Part shown: piece by piece, positions 32,176 to 35,330 of the stretch | Layout: each line of letters starts with the position of its first letter | Position numbering within the stretch: the first letter of the stretch is position 1 | Notes under the pieces: generated by a model | Told to the model about the DNA's origin: nothing | Databases searched by the model: none | Seen by the model: the letters and a program-made list of their open reading frames with translations, nothing else | NCBI GenBank assembly: GCA_963608365.1 | Contig: CAVDFM010000003.1 | Coordinates: 1-35,330, forward strand | Length of the DNA stretch: 35,330 nt | Origin: a bacterium | GTDB taxonomy: Bacteria; Bacillota; Clostridia; Christensenellales; CAG-138 | Direction: 5' to 3' | Program-made: the position numbers and the translations under genes

Positions 32176-33299
32176 CCCAGCTTTACCAACACCGTCACGT
32201 TGCGCTTGCGCCCCCAGCGGCGGCCTTCCTTTTCGGTATTCATCCAAAGATCAAGCTGATTGATAGGCGTGCCGTCCGCGCGCTTGTAGTTGCGGAACGC
32301 GCCGGTGTCCTGCGCCGTGCCGTAGCCGTAGCCGGAAACGTATATCTGCGTGCCGTAGGGTATATAGTACGGGTTTACGGCTATCGTGCCGAGCTTGGGC
32401 TTTTTGCCGGTAGCGGTGCGGCTGCCCTGCCAGTATGCGGTAACGTAGTCCATCTTCATCTCTACCCAGCCGTCAACGCCCGCCTTGGGCGCTTTTTTAT
32501 AAATGCGGTATTCGCCCGTAAGCTTGGTTTGGTAATGTATCTTGTTGCCCTTTTTGATTATTTCATCCGTTGCGGGGGTTATAATTATCTGGTTCACTAT
32601 CTCGCGCGAAACCTCGACCCCGTCCTTTATGATTATCCTTTGGGTAACGTTCTTTGACCCGTCCTCGCCTTTTTGGATTATAACAGGCTCCGTGTCGTTA
32701 TACACGTTGTCGTCATAAACCACCTTCTCCTTGTGGTTTATGGTGCGCTTGGCGGTGGTGTATTCCGTTACCACGTCCGTATGCACTATTTTCATGCCCG
32801 GTACAAGGTCGGCGAATGAAAGGTGGCTCAGCTCGTCCGCCGCGTCGTAATCAACTCCGCTCAGCCTCAGCGCGTCGCCCACCGTTCCGCCCGTGGTGTT
32901 TACTATGCTCACCTTGCCCATCGAGCGCACGGCTACGGGGAAGCTCCTTGCTATCGATACGTTCGTGCCATCGGCAATAAGCCGGTTGCCGTCTGTCGAA
33001 AGCTCGTCGCCCTTGTTCACGCGCACGTTCTGCGCCCTAAGGAAAGCGGTTATGCTCATGCCCTCCTCAGGCTCGTTCACGACGTAGTTCGTGGTTCTGC
33101 CGTCCGCCGTGACGGATACGCTTATGCGCGGGTCGGGCGCATTCTTTGAAATTATAAAAAACACGCCCGCGGCTATCATAAGCGCGAGTATCGCCCCGTC
33201 AAGCAGATAAAAATACCATTTTACGCCCGAAAGGTGCGCCCTTACGCGGCCGGACAGCGCGGCGAGAGTGTCCTTCATTTTCTGTAATAACCTTTTCAT
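32172..33299 (-). CDS. YabE-like cell-wall protein (membrane anchor, DUF348 repeats, G5 domain, C-terminal 3D domain).
   Basis: Hydrophobic anchor ..YFYLLDGAILALMIAAGVFFII.. and a G5-like ..EPVIIQKGEDGSKNVTQRIIIKDGVEVSREIV.. The C-terminal 3D-domain motif reads ..TATGKKPKLGTIAVNP..IPYGTQIYVSGYG.GTAQDTG.. It sits next to ksgA, as yabE does in B. subtilis. Confidence 0.78.
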   Translation of the reverse strand: MKRLLQKMKDTLAALSGRVRAHLSGVKWYFYLLDGAILALMIAAGVFFIISKNAPDPRISVSVTADGRTTNYVVNEPEEGMSITAFLRAQNVRVNKGDELSTDGNRLIADGTNVSIARSFPVAVRSMGKVSIVNTTGGTVGDALRLSGVDYDAADELSHLSFADLVPGMKIVHTDVVTEYTTAKRTINHKEKVVYDDNVYNDTEPVIIQKGEDGSKNVTQRIIIKDGVEVSREIVNQIIITPATDEIIKKGNKIHYQTKLTGEYRIYKKAPKAGVDGWVEMKMDYVTAYWQGSRTATGKKPKLGTIAVNPYYIPYGTQIYVSGYGYGTAQDTGAFRNYKRADGTPINQLDLWMNTEKEGRRWGRKRNVTVLVKLG

Positions 33300-33371
33300 G
33301 CGCCTATTATAGCGTGATTTCCTTAATTGTGTCAAATAAACGAATTGTGTCACGGTACGTCACCTCCTGCG

Positions 33372-33400
33372 TTTACAGTAAAGCTTTGCCACGTTATAAT
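33372..33400 (+). promoter_or_regulatory. Candidate promoter of the PBP gene (TTTACA-17-TATAAT).
   Basis: TTTACA at 33372-33377 and TATAAT at 33395-33400, 35 nt upstream of the ATG. Confidence 0.45.
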
Positions 33401-33434
33401 AGATATATACTTATTAAAATGCGGAGGGGTCGGC

Positions 33435-35330
33435 ATGAAAAAAGCATTGGCCGTTATTCTTGCGGCGCTCAGCGCGCTGTGCCTTATGGGGTGCGAAAAA
33501 GGCGCGCCGCAGCAAAAGGCGGGCGGAAAGGCCATAGAGAAATTCATTACGCATATTGCCGCGGGCGAATATGCCGAAGCTTACGCCCTGCTTTCATCCT
33601 CCTGCCGTAACGATACGGAGGAGGAAAAGGCCAACCGCGTTACCGAAAAGCAGTTTACGGACAAGTATACCTCCATAATATCCGCGCTTGAAATAACCGC
33701 CATAGAATACGCGGACTTCATGGCGGACGGCGGGGACATACTTTACAGCGCAAGCTATACCGCAACCTATTACAGCGATTATATAGGCGACGTTACAAAT
33801 AACTTCACCGCCGTTGCCGTGCGCGAAGGCGGGGAATGGAAGGTTGAATGGTCGCCCGCGCTCATTTTCCCCGAAATGGAATGGGGCGACACGGTGCGCA
33901 TAGCGCGCCTTAGCGCGAAGCGCGGCGAAATACTTTCAAACGGCGAAGCCATTGCAAAGACCGCGGGCGGAATAAGCGTATACGCCTCCGTATCCAAAAT
34001 AGAGGATATGAGCCTTTTCCTCCAGCAGACATCAAGGCTGCTGAACATGACCGAGGCCGCCATAACCAAAAAGCTTGAAAAGGCGTATAACGACGTTGCC
34101 GTAATAAAGCAATATTACAGCGACGAAATAACCGATTCCGTGCGGGAGCAGCTTTTGCAGATAACGGGCATAGGCATAGACAACGGCAATTATTACACCG
34201 TGCGCGAATATCCTTACGGGGAATTGCTTGCGCACCTTGTGGGCTACATTGGCGCAATACCCAGCGAAACCAAGGAAAAGCTTCAGGCGGAGCTTGACAG
34301 GCTGAACGAGGGCCGTACCGAGCGGGACGGGCTATACAATGCGGACAGCCGCGTGGGCAGGCTGGGGCTTGAGCAGCAATATGAGCAGGAGCTGCGCGGC
34401 AGGGACGGCGAGCTTGTGTATATCTGCACGGCGGAAGGCACCAACCGAAAGACGCTTTATAAAATAGACGCGCAGGACGGTTACGACATTGAATTGACCA
34501 TAGACATGGACCTTCAGCGCAGGGTGCAGGAGGTCATGCAGCTTGCCCTGTTCGGGGAAACAACTGCGGGCGCGGTGGTGGTCATGAACCCCAAAACGGG
34601 CGCGGTGCAGGCCATGTATTCATATCCGAGTTACGACATAAACCTGTTCGCCCGCGGCATATCGGGCGCGGATTATTCGGAGCTTTTGAACAACAAGGCA
34701 AAGCCGCTCATCAATCGCGTGACCCAAGGTCTGTATCCGCCCGGTTCCACCATGAAGGCGTTCACGGCGGCATGCGCGCTGGATAATGAAATACTGGACG
34801 AAAACTATGCCTTTGACGAAAAGCAGATAAAGAACGATTACTGGACGCCCGATGAATACGGCGCGTGGATATGGACGCCAATCAAGCGCACGCATATAAA
34901 CTACCCCATAAGCGGGCCGCTGAACATGCGCAAGGCGCTCATACATTCGGACAATATATATTTTGCCAACGCCGCGCTTAAAACGGGCTGGGAGCTTTTT
35001 GAAAAGTACATGACTAACATAGGCTTCACCGAAAGCATACCGTTCGATATAGGCGTTGCCACGCCGCAGCTTAAAAACGAGGATACCGTTATGGACTATA
35101 AGCTGATTGCGGACAGCGGCTACGGCCAGGCGGAGATTCTGGTAACGCCCTTGCAGCTTGCCAGCATGTTTTCCGCGTTCGCAAACGGCGGCAACATAGC
35201 CACGCCGTACGTTGTGAAGGGATTATATAAAGAGGACGGCATACGCTATAAATGCCAGGTGTCCCATCCCGAAACCAACTGGAAGGAAGGCGTGCTGAGC
35301 GAACACGCGATAGAGGTCATAACCCCCTTC
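33435..35330 (+). CDS. Class B penicillin-binding protein with an N-terminal NTF2-like (MecA_N-type) domain, lipoprotein-anchored, truncated by the right window edge.
   Basis: Absent from the track because there is no stop before the edge. The ATG at 33435 (GGAGG 7 nt upstream) opens 632 codons. Features: MKKALAVILAALSALCLMGC lipobox, transpeptidase motifs PPGSTMKAF (SxxK) and HSDN (SxN), and a dimerisation-domain-like middle section. Confidence 0.85.
   Translation, partial: MKKALAVILAALSALCLMGCEKGAPQQKAGGKAIEKFITHIAAGEYAEAYALLSSSCRNDTEEEKANRVTEKQFTDKYTSIISALEITAIEYADFMADGGDILYSASYTATYYSDYIGDVTNNFTAVAVREGGEWKVEWSPALIFPEMEWGDTVRIARLSAKRGEILSNGEAIAKTAGGISVYASVSKIEDMSLFLQQTSRLLNMTEAAITKKLEKAYNDVAVIKQYYSDEITDSVREQLLQITGIGIDNGNYYTVREYPYGELLAHLVGYIGAIPSETKEKLQAELDRLNEGRTERDGLYNADSRVGRLGLEQQYEQELRGRDGELVYICTAEGTNRKTLYKIDAQDGYDIELTIDMDLQRRVQEVMQLALFGETTAGAVVVMNPKTGAVQAMYSYPSYDINLFARGISGADYSELLNNKAKPLINRVTQGLYPPGSTMKAFTAACALDNEILDENYAFDEKQIKNDYWTPDEYGAWIWTPIKRTHINYPISGPLNMRKALIHSDNIYFANAALKTGWELFEKYMTNIGFTESIPFDIGVATPQLKNEDTVMDYKLIADSGYGQAEILVTPLQLASMFSAFANGGNIATPYVVKGLYKEDGIRYKCQVSHPETNWKEGVLSEHAIEVITPF

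Overview
This window covers the replication-origin neighbourhood of a moderately GC-rich Firmicute. It looks like Clostridia, perhaps Oscillospiraceae or Ruminococcaceae, but the taxon is only a guess from gene content. The backbone runs as follows: selD; jag(khpB)-yidC-yidD-rnpA-rpmH on the minus strand, facing dnaA-oriC-dnaN on the plus strand; the glycogen genes glgB / glgC-glgD-glgA (minus); feoA-feoB (plus); a patatin-like lipase; a yabE-like gene with rsmA(ksgA); and a class B PBP that runs off the right edge. Five things stand out. (1) feoB is cut in two by an 11,227-bp island (about 17.85-29.09 kb) that ends in a large serine recombinase. The island carries a Fic protein, surE, a DinD/Bro-N-like gene, and a phnD-C-E-E-type importer in one operon with a cytoplasmic 5'-nucleotidase-type phosphoesterase and an uncharacterised P-loop protein. 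The junction sequences predict that precise excision rebuilds an in-frame feoB. (2) Four intergenic regions (2.9-3.35, 9.65-10.2, 14.0-14.6 and 30.9 kb) hold a mosaic, hairpin-dense repeat family, with eight copies of a ~60-nt core in both orientations. Two of these regions are preceded by a tandem array of GTGAAAT+hairpin units with a ~21-nt period and compensatory stem changes. (3) A 36-aa hydrophobic/cationic peptide gene has its own promoter and 21 bp of 5'/3' end pairing, and looks like a type I toxin locus. (4) oriC, with four perfect DnaA boxes and a DnaA-trio-like tract, lies between dnaA and dnaN. (5) The left ~600 bp are AT-rich and look foreign. Many long ORFs in the supplied track are antisense shadows of real genes in GC-rich DNA. 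All calls come from reading the sequence and from remembered family motifs; no database search was possible.
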